NCBI GenBank assembly: GCA_013416795.1
Contig: RQSC01001079.1
Coordinates: forward strand, 49,532 to 113,531
Reading direction: 5' to 3'
DNA length: 64,000 nucleotides
Origin: Prasinococcaceae sp. CCMP 1430
Lineage: Eukaryota > Plantae > Prasinodermophyta
The position numbers were made by a program, and so were the translations under genes. A model generated the notes under the pieces. That model saw nothing but the letters and a program-made list of their open reading frames with translations. It had not been told where the DNA came from and searched no databases. Below are positions 54,382 through 64,000 of this stretch, piece by piece (the stretch's first letter is position 1; the number at the start of each line of letters is the position of its first letter).

Positions 54382-55842
54382 TCATTGTCCCGCCGCAAGC
54401 GGCTCTTTTTGGTGCGCGTTGCGCAGCTGGCCGCACGCCGCCGCGGCGTCGAGCCCGCGGCTCGCGCGAATGGTGCAACCGAGCCCCGCGCGCTCCAGCC
54501 GCCGCTGAAAGGCCTTGACGGCGCCCGGAGCAGGACGCTGCGCCGACGCGCGCGTTGGTTCGCGGGTGCGAGCGCGCGCGTCAGCATAGCCGCGAGCGAT
54601 GTGCGTGCGCGCCCGCGCGCCCGCGCCCGCGCGCGCGCACACACACACACTCACCTCAAACTCGGCGCCTTCGACGGCGTTCCAAGGGATGAGATTGACG
54701 TGCGACCCACCGTGGCCCGTCTTGCGCAGGATCTGCACGAGCTCCTCGGCGTGTTCCACCTGGTCGTTGACGCCGCCGAGCAACGCGTACTCGAAGCTCA
54801 CGCGGCGGCGCGTGACGGCAAAGTACTGCGCGCAGTCCTGCAGCAGCGCCTCGATGGGGTATGCGCGCGCGCTGGGAACGATCCTCTCGCGGAGCGCCTG
54901 ATTGGGCGCGTGGAGCGAGACGGCGAGCGTGCACTGCAGATTGGCCTCGGCGAGCATGCGCAGCGTGTTGGGCACCCCCACCGTGCTAATAGTGATGTGC
55001 CGAGCGCCGATGCCCACATCCTCGTTGAGCGCGCGCACGGCGGGCAGCACGTTGCGCAGGTTGAGGAGTGGCTCGCCCATGCCCATGAACACGACGTTCG
55101 ACACGCGCCTGCCGAACTGCTCCTCCACCGTCAGCAACTGGTCCACGATCTCGTGCACGCCCAGGTTGCGCGCGAAGCCCCCCTTTCCCGTCGCGCAGAA
55201 GGTGCACCGCAGCGGGCAGCCGACCTGCGAGCTGACGCACGCCGTCAGGCGCTCCTTCTCACCGCGCAGCGAGGGGATGCCCACCGTCTCCACCAAGCGG
55301 TTGTCCTCCAGGCGCATGAGGAATTTCTTGGTGCCGTCGGCCGACTCGACCTTGGTGTGCACGGGGTTGCGCCCGATGCGCAGCCCACTCTCCGAGAGCT
55401 GCTTGCGGAGGTCCTTAGAGAACGTGGTGACGTCGTCGAGATCAGCCGCTCGTTGCGCGTAGACGGCGTCGTACAGCTGCTTGGCGCGGAACGCAGGGAG
55501 GTCCGGCGCGGCACGTTTGAGAGTGGCCTTGATGCCGTCCTTGTCCATGCCCAGCAGGAACATATCCTTGTCCTTGTCCTTGTTCTTGCCCTTCCCTTTG
55601 CCTTTGGAGCCCTTGCCCACAACCAGCGGGGGGCTGAGCGCCGCGGCAACGAGCTCCGCGTCGGTCTTCGTCCACTTGCCGTCACGCACGCCCTTCTGCC
55701 TTGGCACCTCCTGCGTCGGCGACCCCGCGGGTGGCACAGGCACCGACGAGGCAAACCTGCCGCCCGCGCCTGCGCCCGCGCCTGCGGCCGCCGCGGCCCG
55801 CGCCGCAACAGGCAGCCGCATTGGCGCGAGCGCTGCGCGCAT
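54382..55842 (-). CDS. rlmN: Radical-SAM dual-specificity RNA methyltransferase RlmN, organellar; intron 54654-54538
   Basis: [45 protein letters not shown]; transit-like N-terminus. Confidence 0.93.
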   Translation of the reverse strand: MRAALAPMRLPVAARAAAAAGAGAGAGGRFASSVPVPPAGSPTQEVPRQKGVRDGKWTKTDAELVAAALSPPLVVGKGSKGKGKGKNKDKDKDMFLLGMDKDGIKATLKRAAPDLPAFRAKQLYDAVYAQRAADLDDVTTFSKDLRKQLSESGLRIGRNPVHTKVESADGTKKFLMRLEDNRLVETVGIPSLRGEKERLTACVSSQVGCPLRCTFCATGKGGFARNLGVHEIVDQLLTVEEQFGRRVSNVVFMGMGEPLLNLRNVLPAVRALNEDVGIGARHITISTVGVPNTLRMLAEANLQCTLAVSLHAPNQALRERIVPSARAYPIEALLQDCAQYFAVTRRRVSFEYALLGGVNDQVEHAEELVQILRKTGHGGSHVNLIPWNAVEGAEFEVSVCVCARAGAGARARTHIARGYADARARTREPTRASAQRPAPGAVKAFQRRLERAGLGCTIRASRGLDAAAACGQLRNAHQKEPLAAGQ

Positions 55843-56362
55843 GTGCCGTGCGTGTGAGGCGCGCACGTCGCCGCCACGCGTCGCCGCTGGGCGCAGCGGC
55901 GCCAGCGCCCGCGCGCAAGCNNNNNNNNNNNNNNNNNNNNNNNNNNNNNNNNNNNNNNNNNNNNNNNNNNNNNNNNNNNNNNNNNNNNNNNNNNNNNNNN
56001 NNNNNNNNNNNNNNNNNNNNNNNNNNNNNNNNNNNNNNNNNNNNNNNNNNNNNNNNNNNNNNNNNNNNNNNNNNNNNNNNNNNNNNNNNNNNNNNNNNNN
56101 NNNNNNNNNNNNNNNNNNNNNNNNNNNNNNNNNNNNNNNNNNNNNNNNNNNNNNNNNNNNNNNNNNNNNNNNNNNNNNNNNNNNNNNNNNNNNNNNNNNN
56201 NNNNNNNNNNNNNNNNNNNNNNNNNNNNNNNNNNNNNNNNNNNNNNNNNNNNNNNNNNNNNNNNNNNNNNNNNNNNNNNNNNNNNNNNNNNNNNNNNNNN
56301 NNNNNNNNNNNNNNNNNNNNNNNNNNNNNNNNNNNNNNNNNNNNNNNNNNNNNNNNNNNNNN

Positions 56363-58801
56363 GCGGGCGCGGCGCCGCCCCGCGCGCCGCTGCGGCTCGC
56401 CGAGGGGCGCGACGCGTACGCGGCGCTCGGCGTCCACCCGCGCGCCTCGCAGGCGGACCTCAAGAGGGCGTACAAGGCGCTCGTGCGCGAGTTCCACCCC
56501 GACAAAAACCAGGACCCCGCCGCGGCCGATCGCTTCATGGAGGTGCAGAAGGCGTGGGAGGCCGTCGGGGAGGAGGCGAAGCGCGAAGCGTACGACGACA
56601 GCAAGCGCCAGCGGCAGCACCAGCACCGCGCAGACCGCGGTGGCGCGCGCGGCGCGCGCGGTGGCGGCTTCGGTGGGTTCGAGTCGCGCGAGTTTGCGCG
56701 CACCGAGGCGATCCCGAGCGAGACCGTCACGCTCACAAAGGCGAGCTTCGCGCGCACGGTGCTCGGGCCGCGCTCGGGCGCGTGGCTCGTGCAGGTGTAC
56801 GCGGACGCGAGCGCGGAGTGCCAGCGCCTCGCACCGCTGTGGGAAAACGCTGCACGCTCACTGCAGGGAGCCGTGCACCTCGGACGCGTCGACGCCAAGG
56901 CGCAGTACGCGCTCGCCGCGCAGCTCGCCGGAGGCCGCGAGCTGCGTCCAAACAGCCTGCCGATCGTGGTGGCGTTTGCCGAGGGCTGCCGCGACGCGGC
57001 GTGCGGCGTGCGGCTACGCGGCGCCGAGCGCGGCGGGCTCAAACTGGATGCGCTCACGGCATTCGCCATGGACGAAGCGGCCATGCTCGATGCCGTGCCG
57101 GAGGTGACCCTCGAGAGCGTCGCAAATCAGCTGCTCGAAGCGACGCCGGAGCACAAGGTGCGCGTGCTCGTGGTGACGACCAAGGCCGGCAGCGGGTCGG
57201 GCGGAGGCTCGGTGAAGCTCCGTCGGCTGGCGACCGAGCGCCGCATGACGCACGCGTTCGCCGTCGCCCGCTATCGCGAGGCAGACGCGGCGCAGTGGCG
57301 CAAGAGCTTTGGCATCCGCTCAGCGCCAGCCATCCTCCTCCTTCGCGAGGAAGGCGAGGAGCCGTATGTGCATCACGGCGCCGCCTCGTACGAGGAGCTG
57401 GTGGCGCTCCTCTCGGAACACGGCTCGTTGGCCCTGCCGCCGCTGCGGAGCGCAAGGCGCGCGCTCTGGATGGGATGCGACGCATTCGGTGAGAGTGCAA
57501 GCGACGAGGCATCCGACGCGCGCGTGTGCCTGGTCCTCGTGGCGCGCGCGGGCGACAGGGAGGCGAAGGCGGCACGCAGGGCGCTGCGCGGGGCGCGCTC
57601 GCTTGCTGTCATTGAAGGCGAGAGCGCGGGTGTAGGAGCAGCTCTCGAGCGTCGCGAGCTTGCGTTTGCGTGGCTCGATGCGGACGTGCAGATCGACGCC
57701 GCGCGCGCGCTGTTGGAGCTCGCCGGGCGCAAAGGCGGCGTCCCTGGTTCCGGCGGAACGCCGACCCTCGTGGCCCTGTGGCCCGCCTCCGGCACGGTCG
57801 AGGCGTACGGGCCAGCGATTGCCGACACGCGCACGGGCCGTGCGGCCATCCTCGCGTTTGCGCACCTTGCGCTAGGCAAAAGCGAGCAGGGCTTGCGTGT
57901 CAAGGGCGGCCGCCTCCCCGCGCTGGTCGACCAGGACGAGCCCACTTCACTCGAGCGCCTCGCCGGCCGGCTGCGAGCCGCCCGGCGCGCCGTGGTCCGC
58001 CGCGCGATGGGGATCGCCGAGGACGCCGTGGCGGGCCAGGGCGGCTGGCTTGTGCCTGTCGGCGGCGCCATCCTCGTCCTTCTGCTGCCACGCATACTCG
58101 CGGCGCCGAAGTCGCCCGAGCAGAAGCGCAGGGAGGCTGCCGCCAAGGCGCCACTCGTGCCCGGCAAGCTGCGCGTGCTGAACACGCAGACGGAGAGGCT
58201 TATCCCCAAGCGAGGGGTGTACGTGGCCGTCATTGTCAAGCCCCCGATGCCAGATACGCCAGCTCCTGGCGTGGAGAGCGAGGATGGCGTGGAGCAGCAA
58301 CAGCACAAACACCAGGCGGTCCTGCTCGCGCACATGCGCAGCGCACTCGAGCAGGGAAACCGGCTCGCGGAGCACTTCAAGGGCGAGAAGCGCGTGCGCG
58401 TCATGGGCGTTGACAGCAGCATGGCGCCTGGCTGGGTGCGCTTGGCGGATGCACTCAAAGAGGGTGCGGGCCTGGAAGGCGCCGCGCACGGCCACCAGGC
58501 CAATCCCGGCCAGAAGGTCGTTCCTTACCTGGTCACGGTGTGGCACCCAAGCCGCACTAAGGTCGCCGTGGTGGGACTGCTGCCCGAGGTGGACAAGATG
58601 GGCAAATCAATGCCCGAGCTGACTGCGGCGCGCATCGAGCGCCTGCTAGACGGCAGTGCGACGTGGGTCCCGGCCAGCTGGCCGAAAGCGCCGCTGCCGA
58701 GGGACAGGGCGACGGTGAGCGGCAGCAAGGCGAGCGCACCTTCACCGTTGGAATCTCACCCCACCCCACGCGGGGCGGCGCCGGCCTCGGGCAACGGCTA
58801 G
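56363..58801 (+). CDS. DnaJ + thioredoxin-fold membrane co-chaperone (DNAJC16-like); 5' in gap
   Basis: J-domain YKALVREFHPDKN..FMEVQKAWE..R..YD; Trx-like WLVQVY..AECQRLAPLW lacking CxxC; hydrophobic segment WLVPVGGAILVLLLP. Confidence 0.8.
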   Translation, partial: AGAAPPRAPLRLAEGRDAYAALGVHPRASQADLKRAYKALVREFHPDKNQDPAAADRFMEVQKAWEAVGEEAKREAYDDSKRQRQHQHRADRGGARGARGGGFGGFESREFARTEAIPSETVTLTKASFARTVLGPRSGAWLVQVYADASAECQRLAPLWENAARSLQGAVHLGRVDAKAQYALAAQLAGGRELRPNSLPIVVAFAEGCRDAACGVRLRGAERGGLKLDALTAFAMDEAAMLDAVPEVTLESVANQLLEATPEHKVRVLVVTTKAGSGSGGGSVKLRRLATERRMTHAFAVARYREADAAQWRKSFGIRSAPAILLLREEGEEPYVHHGAASYEELVALLSEHGSLALPPLRSARRALWMGCDAFGESASDEASDARVCLVLVARAGDREAKAARRALRGARSLAVIEGESAGVGAALERRELAFAWLDADVQIDAARALLELAGRKGGVPGSGGTPTLVALWPASGTVEAYGPAIADTRTGRAAILAFAHLALGKSEQGLRVKGGRLPALVDQDEPTSLERLAGRLRAARRAVVRRAMGIAEDAVAGQGGWLVPVGGAILVLLLPRILAAPKSPEQKRREAAAKAPLVPGKLRVLNTQTERLIPKRGVYVAVIVKPPMPDTPAPGVESEDGVEQQQHKHQAVLLAHMRSALEQGNRLAEHFKGEKRVRVMGVDSSMAPGWVRLADALKEGAGLEGAAHGHQANPGQKVVPYLVTVWHPSRTKVAVVGLLPEVDKMGKSMPELTAARIERLLDGSATWVPASWPKAPLPRDRATVSGSKASAPSPLESHPTPRGAAPASGNG

Positions 58802-58988
58802 CGGCTGCCAGTGCAGGGTGGGCGGCAGTGCGCGCCAGCCGATTCAGAAACGCGCGCGCGCGGGTGACCCGCGCCCAGAAAACGATAATATGCACGCTGC
58901 ACTGTGTGCTCCCCCTTTTGTCCTCCTGACGGAGGTCCACCGCCGTGTGTTTGCACGTGATTCGTGTGTATGTGTACAGATTTACCGC

Positions 58989-60305
58989 CTAGGGCGACCT
59001 GAGAGTGTAGGCACCCAAACCGCTCGTGCCGCGCCGCGAGCCCGTGAGGGAACGGCCGCCGGGCGAGGCGACGCTCGAGGTGTTGTGCATGCCCAGCGTG
59101 CGCGTGGCGTTGCGAACGCGTCGCGCCGTCATGGTGGTGATTTCCACCTTGCGATCGAGGTCGGTGATCTTTTTCTCTAGGTCCTCCGCCTCCGCCTTGA
59201 CGCTAATGTAGTCCATGATGGTGGGCACCTCCGGATTCGCTTGCTCAGCGCGCAGCGCGCGATTTGTGCGCTCGGCGGCTCGGATGTCCTTGTTCACGCG
59301 CTCGATGTCGCTCTCAAATTTCCGCAGCTGACCCTCGCGCTCTTTTGTCTCGCGCGACAGCCGCGTGCCCTGCGAGGCCAGCGCCGCAAGCTTCCCCTTG
59401 AGCGAGTTGAGCGCCAGGACCGTCTTGCCAGTGGTCAGCTTGAGCCTGAGCAGCTCGTTGTTGCGCTCCTCTATGCGCTCTAGGTACTGCTGGTTTTCGA
59501 TCTTCAGCTGGTCGAAGTCGATCACGTGAAGCATCTCGCCCTGCTCCTCTTTCTTGTGAAGCTGTGCCTCGCTCTTGGCGATCTGCGACTTTAGCGTCTT
59601 GTTCTTCCCGCGCAGCTTTTCTGCGTGCGCATCCTTGAGCCGCAGGCCGTCCTCTAGGAAGCGCGAGACTTTCTCGCTCTCTATCTTGCCCGTCCTAGAG
59701 TTCTCCCCCCCGAGAACCACGTCGCGCTTGAACTCGTAGGTGTTTTTCTTGGAGCCTGCGATGCGCAAGTCCTCCTCCTCGAGCAGCGCGCCAAGCGCGT
59801 CCTCCGCGCGAGTGCGCGAGGCGTCGAGGGCTGCGCGTGTTTCGCGCAGCGCCTCCACCTCCGCCACGACAATCTCCGCCTTCTGCTCGACGCTCAGCAG
59901 CTCACCCATGCGCCCGCCCTCTCCCACCTCCTCCACGGACCCGGCTGCGTGCGGCGCGACGCGATCGATGTACGCCTGCAGAAGGGCGTTCTCGTGCTCG
60001 AGGGAGGACACGGCCGCGCGCCGCTCCTCGGCCTCAGCGCGCACCGCCGCCAGCGCAGCCTCGTCTGACGCGGCAGCGACGGAGATCGACCCTTCGGGCG
60101 GCGCGGGCGACGGCGACTGCGCGGACGGCGACTGCGCCGAAGGCGACTGCGCCGAAGGCGACTGTGCCGACGGCGATGACGGCAACTGCTCCGACGGCGA
60201 CTGCGCCGACGGCGACGGCGCCGACGGCGAAGGCGATGCCGCGCCCTCGCCGCCGTCCTCTGCCGCGCCGGCGCCGCCGCCGGCCGCCTCCGCCTCGGCC
60301 GACAT
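58989..60305 (-). CDS. CCDC113: CCDC113/CFAP263 (DUF4201) ciliary coiled-coil protein
   Basis: KKNTYEFKRDVV, LHVIDFDQLKIENQQYLERIEERNNELLRLK, VPTIMDYI. Confidence 0.85.
   Translation of the reverse strand: MSAEAEAAGGGAGAAEDGGEGAASPSPSAPSPSAQSPSEQLPSSPSAQSPSAQSPSAQSPSAQSPSPAPPEGSISVAAASDEAALAAVRAEAEERRAAVSSLEHENALLQAYIDRVAPHAAGSVEEVGEGGRMGELLSVEQKAEIVVAEVEALRETRAALDASRTRAEDALGALLEEEDLRIAGSKKNTYEFKRDVVLGGENSRTGKIESEKVSRFLEDGLRLKDAHAEKLRGKNKTLKSQIAKSEAQLHKKEEQGEMLHVIDFDQLKIENQQYLERIEERNNELLRLKLTTGKTVLALNSLKGKLAALASQGTRLSRETKEREGQLRKFESDIERVNKDIRAAERTNRALRAEQANPEVPTIMDYISVKAEAEDLEKKITDLDRKVEITTMTARRVRNATRTLGMHNTSSVASPGGRSLTGSRRGTSGLGAYTLRSP
60112..60236 (-). repeat. 15-bp coding tandem repeat (SPSAQ/SPSAP) in the CCDC113 N-terminus
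   Basis: ggcgactgcgccga(a/c) and ggcgacggcgccgac units seen directly. Confidence 0.85.
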
Positions 60306-60834
60306 TGTGCTGCGGGCTCGCACCCGGGGCGGTGTAGGCGCACGCGCGCGCACACGCGCGCGCGCAGACACACGCGCGCACCCCCGCCCTCGCCCCCGCG
60401 CGCGTCCCAAAGCGGCGCGCTCGAAAAAAATTAAGGTCCTTCTCTGAGGGGCGATTTCGGATGCGTTTTGCCCTGCGTTCGTTCCCCGTCGTCGCAACGC
60501 TCAGCTGTGCGCGCGCGCGCGCGTGCCGCGGGGGGTCCGCGGCGCGCGCCGCCGTCACGGCGCGCGCGGGCGGGCTCAAGCCCCCCCTCCCCCCCCCCTC
60601 ATCCTCAGGACGCTCGCTTGGCCGAGGGCGCGCGCGGGGCGCCTTGGTTCGGAGGGGTTGGCTCGAGAGCGCGGGCGCGCCCGCGGGCGCGGCGGTGTCG
60701 CGGACGAACGGCGGCGCCGCGAACGACCCCGCCGGTCCTCACCGCGTGCGCGCGCAGGAGGGGCGCGAGCGGCGGCGGGGTGGAGGCGGACGCGGCGACA
60801 CGCGCGCGCAGCGGGGCCTCACAAGGGTCTGGCG

Positions 60835-61659
60835 ATGGCACCCCCGTCGACGGGAGGCAGCCTCGTCGGCGCCGACGGCGGGTGGCAACCCGAGCGGAGC
60901 ACGTGCGCGCGCGCGCAGACCGCGCGGGGTGAAAACGCTGAAAAACGCTGGCGCACCGCCGAGCGCCTGTCGGCCAAGGACGGCGAGAGGCACACTGTGT
61001 ACTTGCCTGGGAGCGGCAACTACAAAGGCTCGTGGAAGTCCAACCTCAAGCACGGGAAGGGGACGATGGTGTACACCTCCAAGGACAAGTACGAGGGCGA
61101 GTGGGTGCGAGATAAGCGCGAGGGCCTGGGGACGCTGTGGAAGTACCTCGGCCGGGGCAAGTTCCGCGTGCAGTACCACGGCAGCTGGGCGGCGGACCTC
61201 CCTGACGGGCGCGGCGTGTTCTACGAAGATGGAGGGGATCGGTACGAGGGAGAGTGGCGCGCGGGCTTGCGCCACGGGCGGGGGCGCCAGAGCTACGGCG
61301 GCCGCCCCAGCGACGGGTTTGGAGCGGACGTGTACGAGGGCCAGTGGGTCGACGGCGAGCGCTCGGGCAAGGGCACGCTCACGCTCGCGTCGGGGGACGT
61401 CTACACGGGGCACTGGCAGCACGACGTCAAACACGGCCAGGGGAGCTACGTCTATCTCACAAAGGGGAAGCGGTACGATGGCACGTGGAAGGACGGCTCG
61501 CCGGTGTGCGGGTCGTACTCCGACGTCGCGCCCCAGGGCGAGCGGCCGGTGGGTCCTAACGGAAAGGTCCCTGCCGCCCTCCCCACGCTCGAGCTGGAGG
61601 ACGCCGAGGCGGTGCTCGCCGGACGGCGCGCCGAGCTCGCCGCGGGGGACCAAGAGTAG
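60835..61659 (+). CDS. MORN3: MORN repeat protein, MORN3-like
   Basis: KRW..ER.S.KDG.RHTVY, YKGSWKSNLKHGKG, YEGEWVRDKREGLG and further MORN repeats ending WKDG.PVCG. Confidence 0.75.
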   Translation: MAPPSTGGSLVGADGGWQPERSTCARAQTARGENAEKRWRTAERLSAKDGERHTVYLPGSGNYKGSWKSNLKHGKGTMVYTSKDKYEGEWVRDKREGLGTLWKYLGRGKFRVQYHGSWAADLPDGRGVFYEDGGDRYEGEWRAGLRHGRGRQSYGGRPSDGFGADVYEGQWVDGERSGKGTLTLASGDVYTGHWQHDVKHGQGSYVYLTKGKRYDGTWKDGSPVCGSYSDVAPQGERPVGPNGKVPAALPTLELEDAEAVLAGRRAELAAGDQE

Positions 61660-62061
61660 GCGACGCGATGCACAGGGCGGCTGAGGGCGGGCGGGAGCCG
61701 GCGCCGGGATTTGCGTCGCGCGGCGCGGCGCAGCCGCGCCGATGGGGGCGCGCGCGCGCCGCTGGTACCCACGGCGCTGTATATAACGCACGGGAGCGGT
61801 GCGTGGCGTGCCCAAGCGTACACACTAAGAACAGGCAGCAACTCCTCGATTCGTGCGCCGCAGTTCTCGCGCGGGAGCCGGGAGGCCGGCTATCGCGTTC
61901 AGTCGAGCTTGATTAAGGCCCGCTCGGGCGGGCACGAATGTTACACGGCGCGCGGCGTGGCCATTCGGAGACGCATGGGCTCCACGGCAGGATGGTGCAC
62001 TGGCTGCCCTTTCACCACAGCCCGACCGCGCCCGGCCCGTCCACCCCTCTCACATCGGAAT

Positions 62062-63216
62062 CTACGTTGTCATCGCGCTGGTCGTCTCGTCGTCCGCACT
62101 CCGCGCCCCACCCTTGGGCTTGTCGTAGCACCCCAATGACGTCAGCACGTCGGCTACCATCTCCGCGTGCGGTGAATCCGCCTGCCTGTACAACGACTTG
62201 ATCCTGTTTGCGGCGAGAGAGAAGAGCTTGGCCTCCTCCGCCGACCGAGCGTGCTTGTTCCCGGCGCCGCGAAGGGCCTGTGCGCATGCTGCCAGCCCGT
62301 ACAGCGCACGCGCACCGTGCCCCCCGCCAAGCTCCACCGCCGCCGCGAAGTACCGTTTCGCGGCTAGCACATTCTCGGCGCCCCCCATTGTGTACAGCAC
62401 CTCGGCATAACGCAGGTGTCGCTTCTGCTCGTGCGGTGCCGCGAGCACGAGTTCCTCCAGACAGAACGCTGCCTGCTTGTACATGCTCAGCTCCAGGTAG
62501 AGCTCCGCGAGCTCCGCCCAGGCCTCCTGATCGGCGGCGTAGTTCTCAAGGTACTCGTTGAGACGCTTGATGGCATCGATGGGCCCCGAGCGCGCACGAG
62601 CGAGCGCCGCGCGCCTCTTCATCGCGTCCGCGTTGGTCTTGTCCTTCTCGAGCAGGTCGGCGTACACCTTCTCGGCCGCATCGTAATCGCCGCGCGCCTC
62701 GAAGGCCATGCCCTGCAGGCGCGCAACGCGCGCCGAGTCGGGAAACTTGGCCTGCAGCGCCGACAGCGTCTGTGACACCAGCTCCGGTGCATTGAAGTCG
62801 CACGCCGCGAGGCACACCTGTACGCGCAGCGCCAGACGCGGGCCGACACCAGGCACGCCGCCGCATCGTTAGGGTTGCTGATCTGCACAACGCGCCGGCG
62901 CCGGCGTCACCGGGCGCATGCTTGCGGGCGGGCGGAGGCGCGGGCGCTTTACACACCTGCTCGTACACCACGTACAGCTCGTCGCCCAGCGCGGCCCTGT
63001 CGTCCGCGCGCGAGAGCAGCTCCGCGCCGATGGTCGCCACGGCCTCCGGTCGCCGCACGCGCTGCGCTCGCGCCAGCCGCAGGTACTCGCGACGCCGCCC
63101 GTCCGCTCGCCCAACCGCCCGCCCCACCGGCCGAACGCGCCGCCGCGCGCGCCCTCCCCGGCCTCGAGCAGCTCGGCCTCGAGGGCGTCCATGCGCCGCG
63201 CGTCCACGCTCGGCAT
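62062..63216 (-). CDS. EMC2: ER membrane complex subunit 2 (TPR); intron 62956-62818; frame break in exon 1
   Basis: LYVVYEQ|VCLAA, KFPDSARVARLQGM..EARG, YLENYAADQEAWAELAELY, AAFCLEELVL, RALYGL. Confidence 0.88.
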
Positions 63217-63586
63217 GGCGCGAGCCTCCTTCCCCCTACCCACCCCCCCACACCCGCGCTACCCCCGCCCCGCCTGCGGGAGCGCCCACCCGCGCCGCAG
63301 CGCGCTGTGGCGCGGCAGCAGCCGCGCGCTCGCGCCCGCGCTCCGGAGCGCACCGCTCTCATTTTGACCTAGAACATGTGATCGCCCGTGGGTAAAAATG
63401 TACTGTACACACTCTACGCGCGAATCTGGTATCAGTGTCGCCACTGCCGCAGCCGCAGCCGCAGCCGCCGGCCGCCGCCGGTGGGAGGAGGCCACACCCC
63501 ACACGGCAAGCGCCGCGGGCTGAGGGCCTGCCCTCCCGCCCGCCTGCCTGCCTGCCTGCCTGCGTGGCGCGTTGGGCGGGCGACAG

Positions 63587-64000
63587 GCATGGCCGGCCGG
63601 GCGTCGCGAGGGGGCTCCCCCGACGCGCGGAGGCGGCGGCGGTGGCGCGTGCGCGCGCTGCCTCAAGCCGCTTGGGACGCGCGCGCAGCAGCTCGCTTGG
63701 GCGGCGCGGCTGCCGCTGGCGGGGGCGGACGCGCGCGACGCAGGCGAGGCGGACGCAGAGGGCTATCACGGCTGGCGGTGCCTGTGCGCAGGTGGCTGCG
63801 GCGCTGCCTACTGCTCCCTCGCGTGTCGAGCGGAGGACTGGGGCGCCGGCGGGCACGAGCTGGTGTGTGCAGGGCCGCACGACGAGGCGCACCCGCTTGT
63901 TGAGCTCGAGCGCGCGGCGAGGGAGTCGCACGAGTCGTTCGGTGCGGCGGCGGCTGCGCTCGCGGCTGCTGCTGCGGCGGCAGACCACGAGGCGGCGGTA
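63587..64000 (+). CDS. SET/MYND (SMYD-like) protein, partial; runs off the window
   Basis: A frame missing from the ORF track reads CARCLKPLG...CLCAGGCGAAYCSLACRAEDW..GHELVC..HPL, a split MYND zinc-finger pattern. Possible acceptor AG at 63585-63586. Confidence 0.65.

Noticed and set aside
23425-58801. Window-wide thiol-redox gene cluster (fRMsr, GHR, LTO1, Trx, DNAJC16-like)
   Set aside because: The genes are scattered among unrelated loci and predicted for different compartments, which is compatible with chance in a gene-dense genome.
1-64000. Hundreds of long overlapping Arg/Ala-rich ORFs, including antisense ORFs over CCT3 (40378-44112) and FSIP1-like (4707-6740)
   Set aside because: Expected shadow frames at very high GC. 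They have no recognisable motifs and mirror real genes.

Overview
Eukaryotic nuclear DNA: very GC-rich, gene-dense (about 40 protein-coding loci or fragments in 64 kb), with short GT-AG introns (about 110-410 nt, donor often GTGCGT). It has 4 long N-gaps and 5 single-N joins. A plant-type ARF1 C-terminus, plant-type HSBP1, plastid LTO1/Trx/Deg/RlmN, and a TGTAA poly(A) signal after many stop codons point to an early-diverging (prasinophyte-grade) green alga. The species cannot be fixed from sequence alone. Content: housekeeping genes (CCT3, ARF1 fragment, BUD20, ALG13, EMC2, METTL6-like, RlmN), four cilium-associated genes in two head-to-head pairs (FSIP1-like/CEP104; CCDC113/MORN3), glycan enzymes (GT14-like, GT34-like, sulfotransferase) and thiol-redox enzymes. 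I found no rRNA, tRNA, CRISPR array or transposase. Most interesting: (1) a basic, low-complexity protein with a plastid-transit-like N-terminus and five KKPAFSFG repeats, a candidate condensate or pyrenoid linker; (2) a 263-bp alphaproteobacterial nuoF operon fragment embedded next to a gap; (3) recurrent +/-2 frameshifts that sit exactly in (CG)n runs; (4) an M20 dipeptidase with a signal peptide and RDEL; (5) an essential ARF1 gene and its neighbour that both lack 5' ends. All family assignments come from motif recognition by eye; no database searches were run.
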